55,697 bases of DNA from Trypethelium eluteriae (taxonomy: Eukaryota), in the NCBI GenBank assembly GCA_051942245.1, contig JAVECL010000011.1, positions 62,001-117,697 of the forward strand, given 5' to 3'. How positions within the stretch are numbered: position 1 is the stretch's first letter; each line of letters begins with the position of its first letter. The notes below the pieces were generated by a model. The model made no database searches. It saw only the letters and a program-made list of their open reading frames with translations, and was not told where the DNA came from. Of the stretch, positions 1 through 10,919 are shown in pieces. The position numbers were made by a program, and so were the translations under genes.

Positions 1-182
1 CTCGTTCGCAACCTGGCGGAATCTTTTCCCTCTATGGAGTTCATGGCACATGACCGTAACGCTTCTTAGCCCTGACTCCACAACTATCAGCTACATTTAT
101 CCTGGCATTCGAAGAAAGACACTCGCTTCAGAGAGTGCTCTGGGAGCTTTGCTAAGATCTTGACATTTCTGAAGCAGATTCA

Positions 183-3100
183 ATGGATAATTATACTTCC
201 GAACCATTCGGGCGACGGCTTATGCCAAAGCTTCTTGACGCTATAGCACATCGGGATCCCCACCGCACTTTTACGAGCATTGCAAACTCCGGGAAGCTTG
301 AAGATGGCTTCACAGACATTACATTCTCTCAGCTTGCAAAAGCCGTTGACTATCTAGCGCACCAATTCAAGTCCTTTTTCGGTACCTCTTCCCATGGCTC
401 GGACACATTGACCTATCTTGGAGTCATCGATATACGGTATATCATGGTTTTTCATGCTGCTGTGAAGTGCGGTTACAAAGTGAGCTCGCCTACTTCAGGA
501 AATCGTTCCAGTCTCTCGCTGACAAGTGCCAAAAAGTCTTCCTCCCATCGCCCCGCAATCCTGCTGCTATAAATATTTCCCTTATGGATCAGATCCAGAG
601 CACAAAGTTGGTTCATTCTGAGGAAGTCCTGGCAACGATACATGGAATTTGCGATAAAAAGTCGGGGCTGAAATGTCTCCAGCTCGAAACGGTAGACGAG
701 CTTCTCGAACACCGGGCAGATCGTTTTGAATGGGCTCCCTCGTTCGAGCAGGCTAAAGATGATCCCATCCTGGTTCTCCACTCGTCGGGCTCAACAGGTT
801 ATCCGAAACCAATCATCTCAACGCACAGGTCCTTCACTGTCATTGACAATGATCACAAGTTTCCTGGTGTGGCAGGTCGAATTAACAATGACTTTTCACT
901 CTGGGATTTCAAAGTTGAGAATGCACGTATGTACGACGCTTTCCCGCCATTTCATCTTGCTGGTTTTGCTGCTAAAGTGATGGTGCCGCTCTACTTTAAT
1001 GTTTCTAACGTTTTTGGTCCTTCTTTAAGGCCACCTTCCGGTGCCTTGACCATTGAAATTATACAGACGCTTGATGTAATCGGTGCTTATCTTCCACCAG
1101 TCATTGTTGAGCAAATCTTCCGCGAACCAAATGGGCTTAGTGTTTTGAAGAGACTTCATGTGCTGTGTTATGCTGGTGGGCCTTTATCGCCAGATGTGGG
1201 AGACGAACTTGCTAAAAGCATCACCATCTGCCAGTTCTATGGCTCCGCAGAGGTGGGACAGGTCAGACAATTAGTACCTGAGCAGGAAGACTGGTCGTAC
1301 TTGGAATTCAACCCCCATAATAGTTTGGAATTCCAGCCTGGCGATGACGACGCATTTGAGCTGGTCGTTTTTGCGGACGAGACAACCAAAGATTTCTGCG
1401 CTTTAGACCACAATGTTCCTGGAGTGAACGAATGGAGAACCAAAGACCTCTTTAAACCTCACCCAACGAAAACCGGTTTGTGGAAGTTTCATGGGCGTAA
1501 AGATGATATCATAGTCCTCTCAAGTGGTGAAAAGCTCAATCCGGTACCTATGGAGATGATTTTAAATGGCCAAGATTCTGTTACTGGTGCAATTCTGATC
1601 GGGAAAGGTCGTCATCGACCGACCCTAATGGTTGAGCCAAAGTTGGCCGATGAGGATCCAGGTACATTCATCGAGGGTATTTGGAGTGCCATTGAAAAGG
1701 GCAACGCGCTTTTTCCTTCGTTCGGTCGTGTCCTGCACTCTCATGTTATAATTGCGAAACCCGACAAGCCATTTGTTAGAGCTGGAAAAGGTACCGTTGT
1801 ACGGAGATTGACAGAAGTTGCTTATGCCGACGAGATCGAGGCGCACTATGCCACATCAGGTGTCGTTCCTAGCCAAATCAGTGGAACCGAACTGGAGTTG
1901 ACAGCTACTCCCTATTCGAAAGAACCTGTAATGAGGTCTGTCCGCGTACTTCTACAAAGAGTCGCTCCAGGGATTCACTTTTCGGACCAAGAGAATTTCT
2001 ACGTTACCGGCCTGGACTCGCTCCAGAGCACAGAGGTGGCAAGTCTTTTGCGCGTTGAACTGGGGAAGCAGCGTCCAAAGGCTGATCTCTCTTGGCTGTC
2101 TGTGGACATCTTATATATTCACCCTTCAGTGGAGAGCCTTAGTGACGCACTGTTAAAGTTTCTCAACAAAGGCAAGCTCCCTGAGCGGCGGCGAGATCGT
2201 GTTACGGAAATGCGATCCGTGCTAGATGGCTATACAAAATCTTTGCCTACACACGAGGCTCCCAGGAAGATCATGTCCAAGTCAAAAAATCTCACCATTG
2301 TACTGACTGGCTCTACAGGATCGTTTGGAAAAATTCTTCTCAAGAGAATGCTAAAGTCACCAGCCATCTCCGACGTGATCTGCTTGAACCGCTCTACCGA
2401 TGCTGAACAGAAATGGCAGGCTTATTGCGCTGTGTGCAATGAGAACCTCAATGAGGCTGGAAAGCAAGTTAGATTCATCACCGCAAGCTTCGGGAAACCG
2501 AAATTAGGATTGAGTGACCAAGACTTTCAGAGCCTTGCTGAAAGCGTGGATGTTATTCTCCACAACGCGTGGAAAGTGGATTTTAATCAGTCTTTGTCTT
2601 CATTCACAGATAACCTGCGGAGCGTCCGAACATTGATCGACCTCTCTTATGAAGGCAAAACGAGACCTCGAATCGTGTTCATATCAAGTATTAGTTCTTG
2701 CGGACCGTGGGGACCCGCACACACAGTAGAAGGACTGCAAGTACCAGAGACGCCTATCACGGACCTCAATGCGTCGATTACAGACATGGGGTATGGAGAA
2801 TCAAAACAAGTCGCAGAAAATATGCTGCATGCGGCTGCTCTCCGTTCTGGCGTTCCAATCACGGTAATACGCGCAGGTCAAATTGCGGCACCGTCATTGC
2901 CAAGCAAGGGAGGATGGCCGGGACAGGAGTTGATTCCCGGTATTGTGCAAACCTTGAAGTCGCTACGGATGGTGCCCTCTGACTACCACGAAGTTGACTG
3001 GGTACCCATTGATCACTTGGCATCCATAGTGCTAGAGCTCTCTTCCTTTCTGATCTCAACGCATCCCGAGAGCAACGCGAGTCCTACTTCAACGTCGTTA

Positions 3101-3402
3101 ATCCTAGGCCGACTCCATGGATAGAGATTGCCAGATCCATTCAAGATTTCTGCGGTCATGATACCAAGCTTGTCCCAATCTCTGAATGGGTTGACAAACT
3201 TCAAAGGTTGCTTAATGAAAGACTAGTTGACTTTCAGAAATTTCCTGCGCTAAAAACACTTAAGTTCTTCTATTTATTTGCTCATCACGGACCCATCTCA
3301 CGTTATAATACTCAGAAAGCTATGGCGGCCAGTGAGACAATGGCTACGTTAGAGCCAATCTCACCTGACTGGATGAGATACTACCTCGAAGCTGGTTTGT
3401 GA
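183..3402 (+). CDS. NRPS-like carboxylic-acid reductase (adenylation-thiolation-reductase), apparently frameshifted near 3035-3080 (possible pseudogene or sequencing error)
   Basis: A-domain motifs HSSGSTGYPKP, WRTKDLF and GRKDD; T-domain GLDSLQ; R-domain VLTGSTGSFG, HNAWKVDF and GYGESK. Intron donor GTGAGC at 480. The typical C-terminus (YFNVVNPRPTPW...EWVDKL...FPALKTLKFF...W) lies in another frame and ends at 3402. Confidence 0.85.
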
Positions 3403-3672
3403 ATTGAGTTATGATTCGAGCGCCATCTATCGATTCTCACGGAGCAAATTCTTGTGAACGATGATCTGATCAAGTGCCTGGGCATGATTGTATCAAAAAA
3501 TCCGCCAGAAATATGCGTGAGTCTCCTAGCTGTAATAGGGCCAGTGGATTTCTGTCATTGGCATTCATGAATTCCACTTGATCGAGCGCAGGGCGGACAA
3601 GTTGTACTTATTGGATAAGTCTAAGTGTGAACAAGTCTTGCTCCCAGTCCGAACATGCAGCACGCAGTGTAT

Positions 3673-4644
3673 CTATACGATTTTTAATGACCATTGCATC
3701 TCTTGAAGCTTGGGGTCCTTTAAAAGGCCTATTCTTAGATATTCAGGCATTGGTTTTACCTTGACCAAAAATTCGATTTCGTGCATTAAGCCTGCCTCCC
3801 GGATCGCTTCTTGCCAGAACTGGCGCCACGACTGCGGCGAATGGCACAATGCAGGCTCAATCTCACTGACCACGGGTATTTTGCATGGCTCTTTGCTTGT
3901 CGTGCCTAGATTAAGCCCTACCACCATTGTACCTTTTTTTGGGTTGAGAAGTTCCACCACACGGCTCACAGCACGTTTCTGCTTTGCTGCATCGAAGAGA
4001 TGGAAGAAGCTGCCTGTGTGTACTATGTCCATAGATTCTTTCAGCTCCGACCAGATCTTTGCATGATCATTGAGAACGTCAGCGGCTTGGAATCGAGCCC
4101 TAAACTGATATCCATTTGGAGGCATTGATTTGAGATTTCCACGACTATCAGGTCCATCATCGAACAATTTATAAGCCAGATCGAAATAGCCGCTTTCAAG
4201 ATCAACACCGATGCAATTCTTTGTATTGGCGCCATCAAAGGCGAGACGGCTGATATCCTGGCCAAAACAGCAGCCAAGGTCTAGGAATCTTGCGTCATGT
4301 TCAACCACTAAGCTCCGAACCTGGGAATATGCTGGATGTTCGGAGAGCGTACAGAGGAGAAAGCGAAGCATGCCAATGCATGGGTAAGGATAAACCTTGT
4401 AAGCTTCTTGCTGCTAGATTCAAGACATGAGAATGTGTCGCTGTATAGAAGGACAAGGATGAGAACTTACGACTCGTGCCACATGTGATGAAATTCTAGC
4501 GTCCGGTATGCAGCTATACTCTCGAAGAAGAAGACGCCCAGACGATGGTATATTCGCATCGACGTTGACTGTATCGACAAAAAATGACTGCAAGTAGCGC
4601 AAATCAATATGAGGCCGAGCAATAGCCTCGAAGTCTAGAGACAT
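3673..4644 (-). CDS. SAM-dependent methyltransferase, AusD/Trt5-like secondary-metabolism family
   Basis: ATG at 4644; intron 4414-4470 (GTAAGT...TAG) joins the exons in frame. Motifs YPYPCIGMLRFL, FLDLGCCFGQD and SFFHLF. Confidence 0.85.
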
Positions 4645-4973
4645 TTGACTTGCCAAGGTCTCAACCAACTTCTAAGTTGGATCGTATAAGAGATACTCAA
4701 GACTGTCTGAGGCAAAAAATGCTGGGGCACAGCACCAGCTCCTGAGCACGGAAACTTCAAAATTCAAAGTCATTCACGGGAACGCCGGACTTGCTTTTCT
4801 CTATGAACCGCGCCGCTCTCAAGAGCCGAGCTCACTTTCATATCTACACCCGACCAGTCATCTTCTCAAAACACAGTGCGCTAAATTGGGCTTACATACG
4901 AATTAAGCTATTGCTGCCCGAAATATGACCAGGTATGCACTGCGCCTCCTCTTTCATTCACCACTTTTGACTG

Positions 4974-5624
4974 TTGCCTGCAGCATTGCAGGCTCCCCAA
5001 TCAGCTTCACGATCGCCGACTCCTGAAGCTGCCCTTCATCGACAGGGTCGTACTCCACCAACGCCAGCTCAATTGCAAAATCATTTTCTTTCGCATCGTG
5101 TTGTCCTGGACTCAAATGGCGCTATTGCGATTGGCCTTCCATTGACGGGTGGCATTCTCATCAAGTACGTGAATGCGGTTGACCTAGAGCACCTGAGGGC
5201 ATCACGTAAGGCATCTACAGCTCGTCCCAACCCAAATATTCCATCCGAAGAAGACGAGTGGTGTACGAAGCTTCGATCCCTGGCACCGGGCTGGTACCGA
5301 AGTATCAGCGACCGGTACCAAACTTTGAACGACGACCGACCCAAGACAACGACAGAGGAAGAACAGGCATCCATAGGGTATCTCGACTCACCGAGATCAG
5401 GACACGTTGTGGTTGTTAGATGTGTAACTGGACAGATGCCTGCAGAGTGGGGTGCTTATAACAAGTGCCTCACTATGCAAGAGAGATGTGATGTAATGGA
5501 AGAATTTGGAGCGGATGTGTACGGCACAGCAGATGAGGCAGAGGAACTGAATGGACGTCACGAAGAGAAGATGAAAAGGGAGAGAGATAAGCTTGAGGAT
5601 GAATACGGCCCTTTCGAAGCTTGA
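4974..5624 (+). CDS. Hypothetical fungal protein, start unresolved
   Basis: A 216-codon open frame with protein-like composition (IGLPLTGGILIKY, EEDEWCTKLR, TMQERCDVMEEFGA). No in-frame ATG near the 5' end. Confidence 0.5.
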   Translation: MPAALQAPQSASRSPTPEAALHRQGRTPPTPAQLQNHFLSHRVVLDSNGAIAIGLPLTGGILIKYVNAVDLEHLRASRKASTARPNPNIPSEEDEWCTKLRSLAPGWYRSISDRYQTLNDDRPKTTTEEEQASIGYLDSPRSGHVVVVRCVTGQMPAEWGAYNKCLTMQERCDVMEEFGADVYGTADEAEELNGRHEEKMKRERDKLEDEYGPFEA

Positions 5625-5839
5625 GATACAGTCCGTATCGAAATTCAAAATTATGTGAGGCCCGAGGAATATGGCGCTAGAAAATTCGTAGCAGGGTTTC
5701 GGCATAAAGTTGTGTCCCGCTTGGGGATGTGCGTCATTCTAGACCCATAGATCCATGAATGTTTTTGCGGGGCAATTTTTAAGATGGGCGAACGTGAACT
5801 TCCCTCTCCTCGGCTGGACTCTTCTGCAGTACCACGCAA

Positions 5840-7657
5840 ATGGACAACTATGACCGGTGGCGCGACAATTCACCTCGCGGCTCGCAGAGAAGGAAGCTGA
5901 GCTTCCAGCCAACGGGATCATGGGTGCCACCGACTACAGAGCAAAAGCCGGCGGCACCATTCGAGGTTTCGAAAACAAAAAGGATTCGTAAGTCCTTCCT
6001 CACATATGTTCTAAGGCTTTCACAATGCTGATGATTGCGTCAATCAGTTCAGGTCGCTGTCGCCGTCGTGTATTGTCTCTTTGCCGCTGGCATCATATTC
6101 GGCTACGCTGCCCTCAAACCTGTTCTGATCAATGAAGGAGTCTACCGAGATCGTTGCACATCCGAAGAGTTGGAAAAAGGAGTCAGAGTATGTTACGAGC
6201 AGGAAATACGGCTGAATTTCATGTTCACGGTTGCTGCGTAAGAATACCTACACTCGAATATCTAGTATTTGGCAATTGCTGACGACTTCAGCGTTGCCAC
6301 CAATGTAAATGCTTTACCGGTAGGGACGGTTCTTGACCGCTTTGGCCCTCGTATAAGCGGCTTCGTAGGATGCTTCTTTCTTGCGCTTGGGGCCCTCAGC
6401 ATGGCTTTTGCCGATTCACTTCCTTTCGACGGATACATACCAGGATATCTGTTTCTTGCGCTTGGCGGACCGTTCGTATTTATCTCCTCCTTTCAATTGT
6501 CGAACACATTTCCGCGATATTCGGGCCTCATTCTTGCGCTCCTGACAGGTGCATTTGATACCTCATCCGCCATCTTTCTCTTCTACCGCTTAATATATCA
6601 AGCTAGCCATGAGACATTCACCCCGCGAAAGTTCTTCCTGGCATATCTTGCCGTCCCAGTCTGTATCCTTCTGGCCGAAATCTTCCTCATGCCCGCAAGG
6701 TCATACAAGACGGTCGGGGAATTGGTCGTTCAGGCCAAAGACGCAGATCCTTCTGCAAACTCTCATGACGAGTGCCAAACCCTCACTAATGGAGAGTCCG
6801 TCGATGATGCCGCTGTGGTTGATCCTGAGCAACAACACCACCATGATGCGGTCGATGAAGCCACACATCTACTTGGCAAAGATGCCAGCAAGCAGTCCAA
6901 GGCCGAGGAGCGGAAGAGGAATATATCCGGTGTTTGGGGTGCTCTTCATGGAAAATCGGCATGGCAACAGATCCGTTCTCCATGGTTCGTGCTCATTACT
7001 CTCTTTACGGTGATCCAAATGACCCGCATCAACTATTTCGTCGCAACTATCCGCCCTCAGTACGAATACCTCTTACACAGCTACCGCAAGGCGGTGCAAG
7101 TCAATACCTTTTTCGATGTCGCTCTCCCCGCTGGAGGTGTCATTAGCGTTCCCTTCATCGGTCTCATTCTCGACAATACCAGTACCCCGTTCGTACTGGC
7201 CGTTCTTGTTACTATCGCAGCCGTAATCGGCGTACTCGGTGAGATCGGCCAGATGTGGGCCGCTTACGCGAACGTGTGCTTGTTTGTCGTTTATCGCCCG
7301 TTGTACTACACGGCGGTGAGCGACTACGCTGCTAAAGTTTTTGGATTCGCTACTTTTGGGAAGGTTTACGGACTGATCATTTGCTTGGCCGGCCTCCTCA
7401 ATTTCATTCAGAGTGGCCTTGACGCTTTGACCCACGGGTTGTTTCGCGATGATCCAAGACCGATCAATGCCGCGTTACTGGTGGTCGAAGCTGTGGTGGG
7501 GGTCGCATTGGTTGGGTTTGTATACTGGAGGAGTAGAAGCATTGAGCGCGAGCGTTTGGAAGAAGAGGCTGAGGGTGCTACACAAGTTCTTATACCTGGA
7601 GCGGATAGGGAACAGGTGGAAAGGAGCCATGGACATGACACTTACGGTGTCAGTTGA
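5840..7657 (+). CDS. FMP42: FMP42-like MFS transporter (SLC43/LAT3-like)
   Basis: Introns 5988-6047 and 6238-6291 restore the frame. Motifs AAGIIFGYAALKPVL, VGTVLDRFGPR, LTGAFDTSS and KVFGFATFGKVYG; many hydrophobic TM segments. Confidence 0.85.
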
Positions 7658-8727
7658 ATGTCTCTCTTGCTGTTATTCGGCTGCCACACTTTTTGGACTA
7701 ATCGTTTCTTCAAAAGGTCTCGGACATGAATGGGAATCTCGTGATCATCTTTGCGTGGCGTTAGAAAGTTCTACTGCACATGATATCGATTGCGCAGATC
7801 AATCCGCCAGATCCAATTACTCTCCAAAAGGATTAAGTAGTACGTTACTCTATGCTCAAGTTCAGGGATCAAGCAAGAAATGGAATATCTTCGCCTACAC
7901 TTCTATCGTGTGAGACATAGTCAGCTGCAGTGCCCTCACTAGACATACCTTATGCTACGTAAACCAGGCATAATGGTCGGGCAATTGCAGACCACCTCTT
8001 ACAAGCCAGAGCCTTCTTGCATACAAAACTGACCCTAACTCGTTTCATAACATTGCGTCCAGTCCTACGCATGCTCGAGCTGAAAGCGCGATCGAAATCT
8101 TTACGTTCATCCTAATACGATTAAAGTAGATGGCAGACAAACTTCATCAATAACGGCGGCGATTTGCTTGGCTGTGGTTCTAGCGAAATCAAGTCTCGAT
8201 TATCCTTCACAATACTCCGTAGAGACAGTCATCGTTCCCATAGTTTGCAATCAAGCTTTTGTACTGCGCAAGCTCACCGCTTTGAGTCTGGTCTGAGATA
8301 CTTTGTTACTGTACTGTAGGTACCTTATCCCAGAGCGCATGCTGGGGTGCTGGCGTGGCTGGCAGAAAGCAATAGATCCCGGCGTCGATCTTAGCCTTAG
8401 GTGCAATCATCTCACGCCATTGCATCTTCATCTAACCTTACCCACAGTGATGCATAACTCATCGGAAACCTTACCTCAAAGATCCACTCTTGAGCTTATG
8501 CATGCAATGCACTTGTTGGTGGAGAATAAACTGTAAGCTAACTGACTCAAGCTTCAAGAAACTTCCGAAATGTCGCGTCTGTTTGAGGGGTACGTTTCCT
8601 CTTTGTTGTTCTGTGTAAATAGCCCACGACCTCCTTCCTTTCCGTTTCAGCGACTTTGTCGCATCTACTTTACATTTTTCGTTTTTGAGCGGCAGGTCAT
8701 TGGGCCGTAGAGCCATCTTGCTTCAAC

Positions 8728-10560
8728 ATGCGTTGGACACCGGTTTCCGGGAGCCCGCAGCTGCAGCTTCAAAGACACTTGACTCGACAGTCGAGTTCTC
8801 GTGGCATGCTAGCCGCTCGCTTTGCTAGACCCAAGACACATAACAATGCACGCATGCTCCATTTCCAAGGCCCAAGTTGGAGCGGGACAACTTTCAATCC
8901 AAATCTCAGCAGAAAGACAACTCCACGCTCACGTGCATGGGCTTTCCCAGTCGCTGCTTCTGCTTTAGCAATCTTTTCTTTCGGTCTCACTACTTATGCT
9001 ACCTCGCAGTCTCTTCATGCAGAGGCGCCGCCCGAAGAAAGCCTTCCAAAAATTCGATTTGCTGAAGTTCGGGAGCATGGTATTGGCGCCAAGTCAATCT
9101 GGGTCACCAGGGGCACCAAGGTGTACGATATCACGGATTGGATAGAGGCGCATCCAGGAGGGGAAGTCATTCTTCGAGCTGCTGGTGGATCCATCGATCC
9201 ATACTGGAAGCTTTTCACGATTCATCAAAAGCAGGATGTCTACGACATCTTAGAGTCCTACTTGATTGGTGTCATTGATCCGCAAGACCTCGTCAATGGT
9301 CAATTGCCTACTGACGATATTGATGATCCTTTTCAGACTGATCCAAAGCGTGATACACGACTCTTAGTGCACTCCAATCGCCCTTGCAATGCGGAGACTC
9401 CAGGCCCTCAGCTGAGCGCATTTATTACCCCGAATCCACTTTTCTATGTTCGCAACCATCTTTGGGTCCCGCAAGTTGCGGAACCCGAGGAGCACAAATT
9501 GACAATTGAGCTCGTGGACGGGACCGAGAAAATTTATACGTTGCGAGATCTTAGGGCAAAGTTTCCTGAGTGTAAGATCCACGCGACACTTCAGTGCAGC
9601 GGCAATCGGCGCTCACACATGAGCGCAACAAAGCATGCGACTGGTTTGCAGTGGGATGTTGGTGCAATCGGAACTGCAGAATGGTCCGGGGTCCTCCTTC
9701 GGGATGTATTGGCAGACGCTGGTGTCAATGTTAACCCGCACCCGTCGATTGATCCCGAGGAGAAGACCGGCGACGTCGTTCGGCATGCCCAGTTCATCGG
9801 AGCAGAGACATATGGCGCTTCAATCCCAATCTCCAAAGCTCTTGCAAGTGATGGTGATGTCCTCTTGGCTTATAGCATGAATGGAGAGCCTTTGCCCCGT
9901 GATCATGGGTATCCCCTTCGCGTCATCGTTCCAGGAACCGTAGCCGCCCGCAGCGTGAAATGGCTTTCTCGCGTGGTACTTTCGCCCGAAGAATCACCAT
10001 CGCAATGGCAACGAAGAGATTACAAATGCTTTGGTCCCAATGTGCAAGCCGCGGGTGTGAATTGGGATAGAGGCAAGAGTATCCAAGAAATGCCGGTGCA
10101 ATCAGCCATTACCTCTTTGCAAGAAATCAGCGGACATGTTCCGGAGTACATCTCTGGCCGTGGGAGAATCTATTGGTTGGACGATGACCATATCGCACTC
10201 GAAGGTTATGCCTTCTCTGGTGGCGGCCGCGAGATTGTGCGTGTAGATATTAGCACAGATGGAGGTCGCACCTGGCAACAAGCTGAACTCTTGGGAGAGA
10301 GTGATGGAAGTGGGCGAGATGGAAAAGGCGATGCGGCTCGCAAGGGAAGCAAATGCTGGGCCTGGAAGCGTTGGAAGTGTGACATTCCCAAGATGGATGC
10401 TGCTATCGGTGGTGAGTTCGTCGTCAAGGCGACGGATGAGAGCTACAACACGCAGCCAGAGAGCTACATGGCGACGTGGAATTTTAGAGGTAACTTGACG
10501 TCGGCCTGGCAGAGGGTGCCATACGCGCCAACCAAGGAGATCCGGGGTTTGGTACCTTGA
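8728..10560 (+). CDS. Sulfite oxidase (cytochrome b5 + molybdopterin + dimerization domains), probably mitochondrial
   Basis: b5 motif VYDITDWIEAHPGG; Moco domain FYVRNH, TLQCSGNRR and DHGYPLRVIVPG...ARSVKW; C-terminal WNFRG. Arg/Ser-rich N-terminal leader. Confidence 0.95.
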   Translation: MRWTPVSGSPQLQLQRHLTRQSSSRGMLAARFARPKTHNNARMLHFQGPSWSGTTFNPNLSRKTTPRSRAWAFPVAASALAIFSFGLTTYATSQSLHAEAPPEESLPKIRFAEVREHGIGAKSIWVTRGTKVYDITDWIEAHPGGEVILRAAGGSIDPYWKLFTIHQKQDVYDILESYLIGVIDPQDLVNGQLPTDDIDDPFQTDPKRDTRLLVHSNRPCNAETPGPQLSAFITPNPLFYVRNHLWVPQVAEPEEHKLTIELVDGTEKIYTLRDLRAKFPECKIHATLQCSGNRRSHMSATKHATGLQWDVGAIGTAEWSGVLLRDVLADAGVNVNPHPSIDPEEKTGDVVRHAQFIGAETYGASIPISKALASDGDVLLAYSMNGEPLPRDHGYPLRVIVPGTVAARSVKWLSRVVLSPEESPSQWQRRDYKCFGPNVQAAGVNWDRGKSIQEMPVQSAITSLQEISGHVPEYISGRGRIYWLDDDHIALEGYAFSGGGREIVRVDISTDGGRTWQQAELLGESDGSGRDGKGDAARKGSKCWAWKRWKCDIPKMDAAIGGEFVVKATDESYNTQPESYMATWNFRGNLTSAWQRVPYAPTKEIRGLVP

Positions 10561-10919
10561 TGCATGGGCGGTTTACTGGGAAGCAAGCGACTTGTCCTTG
10601 AAGCATTGTCCATATTCTTGTTAAGCATTGAATTGAGTCAGCATATTTGGAGCATTCACCATATTCACCCTCTTAGATACCGAGAACGCCAGCGGCTCTA
10701 AACACATAATGTACGAGGAATGGTATGCTGAGAAGGATCATTGACGTCAAATTGGTTCGGCGGGGTATAGCCCGAGCAAGAGGAAAGGCTGTGCCTGTCA
10801 AAGTCCTCCTCTTCTGCTAATCTGTATCCTTTCCTACTTGCTGCTGTGGAATGATGCTCTACGTATTTACTTCGTGTTTTAGATGATCTATTGGCCTGCG
10901 CGTGTTCCTAATAATCAGC

